Part shown: positions 18,250 through 26,745 of the stretch, in pieces
Position numbering within the stretch: position 1 is the stretch's first letter
Layout of the letters: each line of letters begins with the position of its first letter
Source of the DNA: Gammaproteobacteria bacterium
Lineage (GTDB): Bacteria > Pseudomonadota > Gammaproteobacteria > Beggiatoales > Beggiatoaceae
Reading direction: 5' to 3'
DNA: 44,916 bases
NCBI GenBank assembly: GCA_030632725.1
Contig: DAOVUF010000001.1
Span: 1-44,916 of the forward strand
Made by a program: the position numbers and the translations under genes
Notes under the pieces: generated by a model
Database searches by the model: none
Seen by the model: the letters and a program-made list of their open reading frames with translations, nothing else
Told to the model about the DNA's origin: nothing

Positions 18250-18532
18250 TCGAGGTTTTAGTTTTTCTTTAAAAAACTAAAACCTTGAATGCTTTAGCTT
18301 TGTATAGGAGTACAACGCTTTAGCTTTGTATAGGAGTACAACGCTTTAGCTTTGTATAGGAGTCCAACGCTTTAGCTTTGGAATTGAAATTAAGTCGCCA
18401 AAGCTGAAGCGTTGGACTCCAATTTCCAAAGCTGAAGCGTTGGACTCCAATTTCCAAAGCTGAAGCGTTGTACTCCAATTTCCAAAGCTGAAGCGTTGTA
18501 CTCCTATACAAAGCTGAAGCGTTGGACTCCAA
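18250..18532. repeat. Family D hairpin plus a palindromic super-array of family A units (about 4 copies one way, 5 copies the other)
   Basis: ggagtacaacgctttagctttgtata x3 and ggagtccaacgctttagctttgg, centre gaattgaaattaagtcg, then ccaaagctgaagcgttggactccaattt x4-5. Track ORFs 18320..18565 and 18496..18753 are artefacts of this array. Confidence 0.9.
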
Positions 18533-18556
18533 AATTCGCATTTTACAAGAATAGAT

Positions 18557-19201
18557 ATGACTCAATTAGCGATTACTTTAGCGATAACGGGGGCTTCTGG
18601 AGCGGTGTATGGATTGCGTTTGTTGGAACAGTTGATTATGGCAAAACAAACAGTCTATTTATTAGTGTCTGCTCCAGCGCAAATTGTTATTGGTATAGAA
18701 ACGGATTTAGAATTACCTTCGCATCCAATTGCGATACAAGAATATTTAAGTGAACGTTATCATGCTGTACCTGGGCAATTACTTGTGTTTGGGCATGAGG
18801 AATGGACTGCCCCTATTGCCAGTGGTAGTGCTGTTCCGCAAGCAATGGTGATTTGTCCTTGTACCAATGCGACATTGGCGGCGATTGCTAATGGTTTAAG
18901 TCGTAGTCTGATTGAGAGAGCGGCTGATGTTATTTTAAAAGAACAACATAAGTTGATTTTAGTACATCGAGAAACGCCTTTATCTGTCATTCATTTAGAA
19001 AATATGTTGCGTTTGGCAAAATTGGGTGCAATCATTTTACCTGCGAATCCAGGTTTTTATCATCATCCTCGCAGCGTTAATGATATTATAGATTTTATTG
19101 TGGCGCGTGTGCTTGATCATTTAGGGCTTGTTCATTGTTTATTGACTCCTTGGGGAAATGTGTTTAATGGTGAATGTTTAATGGTGAATGGTGAATGGTG
19201 A
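18557..19201 (+). CDS. ubiX: Flavin prenyltransferase UbiX
   Basis: ITGASGAVYGLRLLEQL, MVICPCTNATLAAIANG, and PANPGFYHHP are typical of UbiX/Pad1. The last ~12 codons (NGECLMVNGEW) are read out of GGTGAAT heptamer repeats. Confidence 0.9.
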   Translation: MTQLAITLAITGASGAVYGLRLLEQLIMAKQTVYLLVSAPAQIVIGIETDLELPSHPIAIQEYLSERYHAVPGQLLVFGHEEWTAPIASGSAVPQAMVICPCTNATLAAIANGLSRSLIERAADVILKEQHKLILVHRETPLSVIHLENMLRLAKLGAIILPANPGFYHHPRSVNDIIDFIVARVLDHLGLVHCLLTPWGNVFNGECLMVNGEW

Positions 19202-19430
19202 ATGGTTTCGAGGTTTGAGTTTTTCTTTAAAAAACTCAAACCTCGAATAGTGAATTATGAATTAAATCAATCATTTAAATATAAATTTTAGACAATAATT
19301 CATAATTCACCATTCATAATTCACCATTCATAATTCACCATTCATAATTCACCATTCATAATTCACCATTCATAATTCACCATTCATAATTCACCATTCA
19401 TAATTCACCATTCATAATTCACCATTAAAC
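19164..19430. repeat. Composite heptamer element: (GGTGAAT)n - family D hairpin - conserved core - 14-nt (ATTCATAATTCACC) x~9
   Basis: Left arm 19164-19206, D hairpin 19208-19246, core gaattaaatcaatcatttaaatataaattttagacaataa, right array 19299-19426. The arms are inverted relative to each other. Confidence 0.9.
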
Positions 19431-19471
19431 AAACACATTCATCATTAAAAACGAATTTAAAAATCGAAAAT

Positions 19472-20110
19472 ATGTCTCAAACTTCTGATGAATTTTTCAA
19501 AGGCATTTGGAAAGAAAATCCTGTCTTTGTTCATGTATTGGGCTTATGCCCTATGTTGGCTGTCACCAACTCTGCGATCAATGCGCTTGCAATGGGGCTG
19601 GCGACTTTTTTTGTCTTGCTGGGTTCCAGCACCCTTGTTTCTATGTTAAGGCATTTAATTCCCAAACAGATACGCATTTCCTGTTATATTATTATTATCG
19701 CCACTTTTGTGACAGTCGCCGATTATACTTTGCTCGCACTCATACCTGAAGTACATAAAGAACTCGGTGCATTTGTGCCATTAATTGTCGTTAATTGTAT
19801 GATTTTAGGTCGTCAAGAAGCTTTTGCCTCGAAAAATCGTGTTGGTTTAGCGGTTGTGGATGCGCTAGGCACATCAATTGGTTTTCTGTTTGCCCTATTT
19901 ACTCTGGGAAGTGTTCGAGAAATTTTAGGTAATGGCTCATTGTTTGGTATATCACTTTTTGGTCCTCATTTTGAGCCTTGGATTATCATGATCCTGCCAC
20001 CTGGCGGCTTTATCATGCTTGGCTTGATTTTACTCTTTTTCAATTGGATTAATGAAAAAAGGGAAAATGCTATTGCTCAACTGGCCACAACTGAAAGGAA
20101 TGTCATTTAA
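19472..20110 (+). CDS. rnfE: Rnf/Rsx electron-transport complex subunit E
   Basis: GIWKENPVFVHVLGLCPMLAVTNSAINALAMGLAT and NCMILGRQEAFASKN are colinear with E. coli RsxE and closer to it than to NqrD. Confidence 0.85.
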   Translation: MSQTSDEFFKGIWKENPVFVHVLGLCPMLAVTNSAINALAMGLATFFVLLGSSTLVSMLRHLIPKQIRISCYIIIIATFVTVADYTLLALIPEVHKELGAFVPLIVVNCMILGRQEAFASKNRVGLAVVDALGTSIGFLFALFTLGSVREILGNGSLFGISLFGPHFEPWIIMILPPGGFIMLGLILLFFNWINEKRENAIAQLATTERNVI

Positions 20111-20685
20111 TGGATAATCTTATCTGGATTTTTATCAGCGCGTTGCTGGTGAATAATTTTGTCTTTTCTTATTTTCTTGGACTTTGTCCCTTTTTTGGGG
20201 TATCAGGTAAGTTAGAAACCGCATTTCGGCTGGGATTGGCAAGTACATTTGTTATGCTAATTACCGCACTTTGTACATGGTTTCTTAATACCTATATCTT
20301 GATTCATGCCCCCTATTTACGTTTGATCAGCTTTATTGTGGTGATTGCCAGTACGGTGCAATTTGTTGAAATGGTGGTTAAAAAACTCAGCCCCGCTTTG
20401 TTTCGCGCATTGGGTATTTATTTACCCCTGATTACGACAAATTGTGCGATTCTTGGTTTTGCCATTTTTGCGACTAATCGTGGCTATGGATTGTTAGAAG
20501 GGCTTATTTATGCGTTAGGTGCAGGTGGCGGTTTTACTTTGGCATTGATACTGATGGCGGGGCTTCGTGAAGAAAATGAATTGTCAAATGTCCCTAATCT
20601 AATGAAGGGTACGGCGATGAGTATGATTATTGCGGGTATTCTTTCAATGGCCTTTATGGGATTTTCAGGCTTGTTTAGTTCTTGA
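20110..20685 (+). CDS. rnfA: Rnf/Rsx electron-transport complex subunit A
   Basis: LLVNNFVFSYFLGLCPFFGVSGKLETAF and LPLITTNCAILG, ending SMAFMGFSGLF; colinear with E. coli RsxA. TAATG overlap with rnfE. Confidence 0.88.
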   Translation: MDNLIWIFISALLVNNFVFSYFLGLCPFFGVSGKLETAFRLGLASTFVMLITALCTWFLNTYILIHAPYLRLISFIVVIASTVQFVEMVVKKLSPALFRALGIYLPLITTNCAILGFAIFATNRGYGLLEGLIYALGAGGGFTLALILMAGLREENELSNVPNLMKGTAMSMIIAGILSMAFMGFSGLFSS

Positions 20686-20828
20686 AAGAACTTAGTAGGG
20701 CGAGTTAAAAAAGACAACCTGCCCTTTAATAAAGGATTATTCCAACTTTGAATTGGAAAACAGCATTCTGATCATCTCAAATCAGAATGTTCAAGTTGCA
20801 ACAATGCCGCTTGTGATAAAGTAGAACA

Positions 20829-21644
20829 ATGAAAAACGTCATCTTTACTTTCATTTTAATTTGTTTGACTTTTTTACCTTCTCAGAAGGCATTGTCAAAT
20901 GATGAAAGCAAAGCGACTTCTCAAATAGAGAATAATAATGAAGTAAATACCTCACCAGTTATACCGTTTTTGGGGAAAGCAAGTATTAATTTCTCTCGAA
21001 ACAAGGGTAATGTTGATGAAGAGGCGATTGAATATGGTTTTTTGTTAAGCAAAGACGATAAATTCAGTGAAACCTATTTTAAACTGAAGGGAAAAAAGAC
21101 TGAGAAGCAGCAGAAGTGTTCCAAAGAGGAACACGAGTTCAGTGTATTTAAAGTTTATCATTTCAATGAGAGTTCAGGTGTTTATGGAAAATTGACTTCT
21201 TATCAAAATGAACCCAGAGGTTATAAACACCAATGGCGGTTGGGTATGGGCTATTTATATACCTGGTATCAATTTAATGATCAAAGAACTCCCAAAGCGA
21301 AAAGAGAGATTAATAAAAAATTTTTCAAAAGCAGAATTGGTTTTCAAATAAGGGATAGTGATTACACAACAGGGGCTGACAATCATCAAAATTATTTATT
21401 ACTGGGTAGTCGCGCTCAATATCCCATTATGGAAAACGTTTCTCTTTTCATAGAAGTCAATTATGGGGTAAACATTTCTCATGTAGCGGATTATGAAATA
21501 GAGAATGCTTTGTCATTGATTTTCTATGTGAATAAAAAAATAGACCTTAAAATAGATTATGAAATTTTTTACTCCCATATTCCCGTGCTTGGGAAAAAGA
21601 GTACTGATAACTCTTTGGGAACGAGTTTAATCTATAAATTTTAA
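20829..21644 (+). CDS. Putative outer-membrane beta-barrel protein (possibly DUF481/YdiY-like)
   Basis: Signal peptide MKNVIFTFILICLTFLPSQKALS, alternating-polarity strands, aromatic-rich, C-terminal ...LIYKF (terminal Phe). The family assignment is a guess. Confidence 0.55.
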   Translation: MKNVIFTFILICLTFLPSQKALSNDESKATSQIENNNEVNTSPVIPFLGKASINFSRNKGNVDEEAIEYGFLLSKDDKFSETYFKLKGKKTEKQQKCSKEEHEFSVFKVYHFNESSGVYGKLTSYQNEPRGYKHQWRLGMGYLYTWYQFNDQRTPKAKREINKKFFKSRIGFQIRDSDYTTGADNHQNYLLLGSRAQYPIMENVSLFIEVNYGVNISHVADYEIENALSLIFYVNKKIDLKIDYEIFYSHIPVLGKKSTDNSLGTSLIYKF

Positions 21645-21658
21645 TTAATGGTTTCGAT

Positions 21659-21946
21659 TCGAGGCTAAAGTTTTTTTAAAGAAAAAACTTTAGCCTCGAA
21701 TGGTGAATGGTGAATGGTTCAAACAGGTAATTAACCTCCTATTTTAGGAAAACTCATTTAAATTCAATCACTTATTAAGTTTTTAGCGTATTTTTACTAG
21801 ACGATTTTTTGTCACCCTCAAAAAGGATTATGATTTACCGTATTGCGATAATAATTCATTTAATATGAGAGATTTTTACATCGAACTCAGGTTAATTAAC
21901 CATTCACCATTCACCATTCACCATTCACCATTCACCATTCACCATT
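21659..21946. repeat. Family D hairpin plus a heptamer-TIR element ((GGTGAAT)2.5 ... (ATTCACC)6.5) between convergent genes
   Basis: tcgaggctaaagtttttttaaagaaaaaactttagcctcga. Then tggtgaatggtgaatggttcaaacaggtaattaacc ... ggttaattaaccattcacc x6.5, abutting the lptF stop. Confidence 0.85.
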
Positions 21947-23060
21947 AATTTGAAACTGGGCGAAAGAAAAACTTTATAATCGCGTAAAATCTCCTCCATA
22001 ATTGCTGAAAGAAATTTTTGATCAAAGGTAAATTAAACAAAAACAATATAATCAATAGCAAAATAATATGCACCCACCATACGCCTATCATAGGTACAAT
22101 ATCGCCACGTTCCACCCATTTTTTTGCCACATTAAGTAAATTGTTATAAATCAAATAAATCAAAATACCGGATAATATTTTGGCATATTGCCCTTGGCGT
22201 GGGGAAGTACGTGATAATGGTACTGCCAGTGCCGCCAATAAAATGACTGATAAGGGCAAAGACAAACGCCATTGTAACTCCGCCTGTAATGCCGCCTCTT
22301 TTGCGGATAATAGTCTAAGAGTAGAAATCGCCTCACGTTCTTCAGCTTTTTGATTGGCATCAAGGCGTTTGGGGATTCTAATATGATGCTCTGCAAATTC
22401 TGTCACGACATAATTTAAACGTCCTGGCTTGCTCTCATAACGATGACCTTCAAGAAGTACCATATACAATTCCCCGTCTTGCACAGTTTGATAACCGTTT
22501 TTAGCAACCATGACAACCCGTTTATGAGGTAAATTGATTTGTACAAAGAGGGAGTGCATCACATTATCAGAATCAATTGTTTTGACATAGAAAATGCCAT
22601 TACCATGATTAAACTCCTTAAAACGTCCAGCAGTAATACCTCCCACTTCAGCCAGTGAACTTAATTGGACTTCTAAAACGGCCCTTTGACTTTCTGCCCA
22701 AGGTGCGACCAATAGAGATAATAGCGCAATTAGAATAGAAAAAATAACGCCAAACCCAATAATATGGTTTGTCGGCATAGGAACACCGCAGGCTGCCATT
22801 GCCGTGACTTCATTATCTTTATATAACCGCCCTAAGGCTAATAAAACGGCTAAAAAAAATCCCAATGGCAAAATCAGCATCAAATCACTTAATAATCGTA
22901 GTGCTAATAATTGAAAAATGAAACTTGAAGGTAAATCACCTACTGAGGCTTGAACTAAATAAGCCATAAACCGGTGACTGATATAAATCAGTAACAATAG
23001 TATGGTTAAAGCCAATAAAGTGTGTGATATTTCACGAAATAAATAACGAGTGATAATCAA
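21945..23060 (-). CDS. lptF: LPS export ABC transporter permease LptF
   Basis: (M)IITRYLFREISHTLLALTILLLLIY matches the E. coli LptF N-terminus MIIIRYLVRE. The TTG at 23060 is preceded by GGAG at 8 nt, giving 371 aa versus 366 in E. coli. The track N-terminal extension to 23204 runs through repeats. Divergent from pepA, as in E. coli. Confidence 0.88.
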   Translation of the reverse strand: MIITRYLFREISHTLLALTILLLLIYISHRFMAYLVQASVGDLPSSFIFQLLALRLLSDLMLILPLGFFLAVLLALGRLYKDNEVTAMAACGVPMPTNHIIGFGVIFSILIALLSLLVAPWAESQRAVLEVQLSSLAEVGGITAGRFKEFNHGNGIFYVKTIDSDNVMHSLFVQINLPHKRVVMVAKNGYQTVQDGELYMVLLEGHRYESKPGRLNYVVTEFAEHHIRIPKRLDANQKAEEREAISTLRLLSAKEAALQAELQWRLSLPLSVILLAALAVPLSRTSPRQGQYAKILSGILIYLIYNNLLNVAKKWVERGDIVPMIGVWWVHIILLLIILFLFNLPLIKNFFQQLWRRFYAIIKFFFRPVSN

Positions 23061-23094
23061 AAAAATTGCTCCATTTGCGTTTTTGAAAATATTA

Positions 23095-23143
23095 CCCCTC
23101 GTTCCCAAGCTCCAGCTTGGGAACGAGGGGGCTGAGTAGTTAC
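23095..23143. repeat. Family G hairpin (CCCCTCGTTCCCAAGC/GCTTGGGAACGAGGGG) plus a family B TIR fragment
   Basis: cccctcgttcccaagctccagcttgggaacgagggg followed by gctgagtagttac. Related ctcgttcccaacg... at 29133, 34122 and 16560. Confidence 0.8.
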
Positions 23144-23289
23144 AATAAATAAATATAATGAGGTTCTTGCAAAACTCTGAACACACGAGGTTTAAGCGTT
23201 TCAAAAAATCGGATTTCTAAGCTCTCAAAAGCGAGTTTTGCAAGAGCCTCTAATTTAAAACTTTAAACTTAATTATTCAACCATAAAAT

Positions 23290-24813
23290 ATGGAATTTAA
23301 TGTAAAAAGTGGTCATCCAGAAAAACAACGTTCCGCCTGTGTGGTTGTCGGCATTTATGAACCACGCCGTTTGTCAGAAGCGGCAAAAAGAATTGATAAA
23401 ATCAGTAAAAAGCATATTTCCTCTATTTTGCGCCGAGGGGATTTAGAAGGCAAAATAGGGCAAACTTTATTATTACATAATGTCCCTGGTACTTTAGCAG
23501 ATCGTATATTGCTCGTGGGTTGTGGACGTGAACGTGACTTAGGTGATAGACAATATCATCGAATTATTACTCAGGCAGTACGCACATTACATGAAACAGG
23601 TTCTATGGAAACGGTGTGTTATTTGACTGACTTAAATGTGCGTGGACGTGCTACAGCATGGCGTATTCGTCAAGCCATTGAAACAGCCCATTCGACATTA
23701 TACGTTTTTGATCAATTGAAAACACAAAGAGAAAGTACGCGCCGCCCTTTGCGTAAAATCGTTTTTAGTGTCGCTTCAAGGCGTGAATTACCCATTGCCG
23801 AACAAGCCAGTCTTGAGGGACAAAAAATTGCTGATAGCGTTAAACTGGCTAAAGATCTCTGCAATTTGCCAGGTAATTATTGTACACCTTCTTATCTCGT
23901 CAACATGGCAAAAAATCTGTGTAATTTACATGAAAACATCTCTTGTAAAATCTTGACAAAAGCCTTGTTGGAAGAGGAAGGCTTCAACGCATTATTAGCC
24001 GTTTCCAAAGGGAGTGAACAACCCCCTTCTTTAATCGTTTTAGAATATAAGAATGGTCAAAAGGACGCAGCCCCCATTGTTTTAGTCGGTAAAGGGGTCA
24101 CATTCCACTCAGGTAGCCTCTTGAATAAATCCTCAGAAGAGGATATGGACGAAATGAAGTTTGATATGTGTGGGGCCGCCGCTGTATTAGGTACGATATC
24201 AGCAACAGCAGAATTACAACTACCACTCAATGTTGTCGGTATTATACCTGTCGTAGAAAACTTGAGGGGTAAAGCGACGAGGAGTGGTGATATTATTACC
24301 AGTTTATCAGGTAAAACGATTGAGGTGATTAATACTGATGCTGAAAGCCAACTGATTTTATCTGACGCACTGACTTACGCTGAACGCTATAATCCGGAAA
24401 ACGTGATTGATATTGCCACATCGACAGGATGGTGGAGAGTCGCATTAGGTAAACATGCTCATGGACTGATGACTAATTATCACCCTTTGGCGACAGAGCT
24501 ACTTAATGCCGGTAAATTCAGCGAAGATCGCGCTTGGGAATTGCCATTGTGGGAAGAATACCAAGAACAACTCAACAGTCACTTTGCTGACGTAGCCAAT
24601 GTCGATGGTTTTGAAGCCGATACCATTACATCTGCTTGTTTTTTATCCCGTTTTACGAAAAAATTCCGTTGGGCTCATTTGGATGTCACGGGTACGGCAT
24701 GGCTGAAGAATAAAAAAGAAAAATTTGCCACTGGACGACCTGTGCCATTATTAACACAATATCTGATTAATCGCAGTCAAGAAATAGCGGCTGAAGAAAA
24801 TAAAGGCATGTAG
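23290..24813 (+). CDS. pepA: PepA-like M17 leucyl aminopeptidase homologue with substituted catalytic motifs
   Basis: Colinear with E. coli PepA from MEFNVKSGHPEKQRSACVVVG to the C-terminus. However TFDSGG reads TFHSGS, NTDAEGRL reads NTDAESQL, and ATLTGA reads ATSTGW. Confidence 0.85.
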   Translation: MEFNVKSGHPEKQRSACVVVGIYEPRRLSEAAKRIDKISKKHISSILRRGDLEGKIGQTLLLHNVPGTLADRILLVGCGRERDLGDRQYHRIITQAVRTLHETGSMETVCYLTDLNVRGRATAWRIRQAIETAHSTLYVFDQLKTQRESTRRPLRKIVFSVASRRELPIAEQASLEGQKIADSVKLAKDLCNLPGNYCTPSYLVNMAKNLCNLHENISCKILTKALLEEEGFNALLAVSKGSEQPPSLIVLEYKNGQKDAAPIVLVGKGVTFHSGSLLNKSSEEDMDEMKFDMCGAAAVLGTISATAELQLPLNVVGIIPVVENLRGKATRSGDIITSLSGKTIEVINTDAESQLILSDALTYAERYNPENVIDIATSTGWWRVALGKHAHGLMTNYHPLATELLNAGKFSEDRAWELPLWEEYQEQLNSHFADVANVDGFEADTITSACFLSRFTKKFRWAHLDVTGTAWLKNKKEKFATGRPVPLLTQYLINRSQEIAAEENKGM

Positions 24814-24838
24814 GATGTTGCTAGGTTAGTTTTTTTCT

Positions 24839-25038
24839 GGAGTCCAAACCTTCAGATTTGGACGTTTTTTGGAGTCCAACGCTTCAGCTTTGGAGAAATG
24901 GAGTCCAACGCTTCAGCTTTGGTGATTTTGGAGTCCAATTCTAAATCCAAAGCTAAAGCGTTGGACTCCTATAAATACCCACCCAAAGCTGAAGCGTTGA
25001 ACTCCAAAAAACGTCCAAATCTGAAGGTTTGGACTCCA
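24839..25038. repeat. 200-bp composite palindrome of family A units between convergent pepA and the M18 peptidase gene
   Basis: ggagtccaaaccttcagatttggacgttttttggagtccaacgcttcagctttgg... is mirrored by ...ccaaagctgaagcgttgaactccaaaaaacgtccaaatctgaaggtttggactcc. The track ORF 24898..25086 is an artefact. Confidence 0.9.
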
Positions 25039-25043
25039 AAATT

Positions 25044-26345
25044 TCAATTCATTCTAAACAAAGCGATCATTGCCCGAATCATATAATCATGATCAAGAGT
25101 ACCCGCACTCTCTCTCGCACTGTGCATAGACCATAAAGGATTACCCACATCGACGGAACGAATACCCACCTTCGCGGCGGTTATGGCACCGATGGTACCA
25201 CCGCAGGGTAAATTACTGCGATGCACATACTTCTGATAAGGCACATCTGCTTCTTCACAAAGTCTAACAAACAAAGCCTCTGAAATGCTGTCAGAACTAT
25301 AGCGTTGATTCGCATTTATCTTAATAGCAGGACCCGCGTTGATCACAACTTGATGCTCGTTATCATAAAATTTAGGGTAATTGGGGTGATAAGCATGAGC
25401 CATATCGGCACTGAGGATAAAACTATTAGACAATGCACGTTTTTGACTTTCACGATCCAAATTAATGCTGATACGCTCCAAAATATCGGGCAAAAAACTG
25501 CCCCCTGCGCCCTTGCAACTTCTACTCCCCACTTCTTCATGATCAAAATAGGCTATCATATTGGTTGCGATTGGATTATCCACATCAAGCAGGGCGCAAA
25601 GTCCGGCATGGCAGGAAGCCAAATTATCCAACTGCCCATTGGCAATAAATTGATCATCAGGACCAAAAAAACTACCCGGCTGAGTATCGAACACCTGTAA
25701 TTCCCAAGATAAAATCGCATCCGCTTCCACTCCAATTTCATGAGCGATAATCGCAAGAAATTGTTGTTGAGCCGGCAAGTCCTCCTGTAAAACGGACAAC
25801 ATCATCGGTAATTCATTTTGGCGATCCAGCTTTAAACCTGCTTCATTCACTTCCTTATTCATGTGGATAGCCATGTTAGGAATACGGACAAGCGGTTTCT
25901 TAAAATGAATAAGAGGCGTATCAATATCAGTCACTGCTGAACCGGTTTTAATGACAACGCGACCCGCCAAGCCCAAATCTCGGTCCGTAAATGTCGCCAA
26001 AATCGGACCACCATAAACTTCAACACCAAGACGAATCATTGGACCACAAGTATGTGCGGCATGAGGTTTGACTCGTAACCCCGGCGAATCGGTATGAGCC
26101 GCAATAATGCGAAATCCGTGTTGAGTCAAATCGCCACTACCCACGATAAACCCGATAATAGAAGAACCATCACGAACGACATAATAACGTCCGCCTGGTG
26201 CCAAATGCCAAGCCTCTCGCTCATCTAAACATTGGAATTTTTTTTCCTCAAGTTCTGTGATTATACTTGTCGTTACATGCCAAGGGCTGGGGCTGCTATC
26301 AATAAAGTTAAGTAGCCTTTGAGCTTGTTTTTTTGCTTTATTCAT
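25044..26345 (-). CDS. M18 family aminopeptidase (aspartyl aminopeptidase-like)
   Basis: FIDSSPSPWH and IIAAHTDSPGLRVKP, plus DHEEVGS and GGTIG, are M18/ApeB-like. Start likely MNKAKKQ (26345) rather than the track start at 26375. Confidence 0.85.
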   Translation of the reverse strand: MNKAKKQAQRLLNFIDSSPSPWHVTTSIITELEEKKFQCLDEREAWHLAPGGRYYVVRDGSSIIGFIVGSGDLTQHGFRIIAAHTDSPGLRVKPHAAHTCGPMIRLGVEVYGGPILATFTDRDLGLAGRVVIKTGSAVTDIDTPLIHFKKPLVRIPNMAIHMNKEVNEAGLKLDRQNELPMMLSVLQEDLPAQQQFLAIIAHEIGVEADAILSWELQVFDTQPGSFFGPDDQFIANGQLDNLASCHAGLCALLDVDNPIATNMIAYFDHEEVGSRSCKGAGGSFLPDILERISINLDRESQKRALSNSFILSADMAHAYHPNYPKFYDNEHQVVINAGPAIKINANQRYSSDSISEALFVRLCEEADVPYQKYVHRSNLPCGGTIGAITAAKVGIRSVDVGNPLWSMHSARESAGTLDHDYMIRAMIALFRMN

Positions 26346-26383
26346 TTGATCCTTTTTGTACTTTGTACAGGACATTTTTTATT

Positions 26384-26542
26384 GTTAGAATCAGAATTTT
26401 CAGAATTTGAGAATTTTCAGAATTAAAAAATAAGTGAATTTTCATTTCGAGGTTTAAGTTTTTTGAAGAAAAACTTAAACCTCGAAAACATAAAAGGTTT
26501 TAAATTCTGTTAATTCTTAAATTCTTAAATTCTGATTCTAAC
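26384..26542. mobile_element. MITE with GAATTT-type reiterated TIRs (GTTAGAATCAGAATTT...) and a nested family D hairpin
   Basis: gttagaatcagaattttcagaatttgagaattttcagaatt ... aattctgttaattcttaaattcttaaattctgattctaac. The D hairpin is at about 26447-26487. Confidence 0.8.
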
Positions 26543-26618
26543 CATGGAAAGTGATTTAAATCAATGAATTATAAAAAAGTTTCCTGTACAAAGCTTTTTG
26601 TATTGATTATGTTTGCCT

Positions 26619-26720
26619 CCAAAGCTGAAGCGTTGGACTCCAAAAAACGCCCAAAGCTAAAGCGTTGGACTCCAAATTCACCATTCATCATTCACCATTA
26701 AACATTCACTATTAACCATT
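26619..26720. repeat. Family A x2 followed by ATTCACC/ATTCATC heptamers
   Basis: ccaaagctgaagcgttggactcc aaaaaacg cccaaagctaaagcgttggactcc aa attcaccattcatcattcaccatt... Confidence 0.85.
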
Positions 26721-26745
26721 CTTTGTCAAGCAACATTATTTTAAC

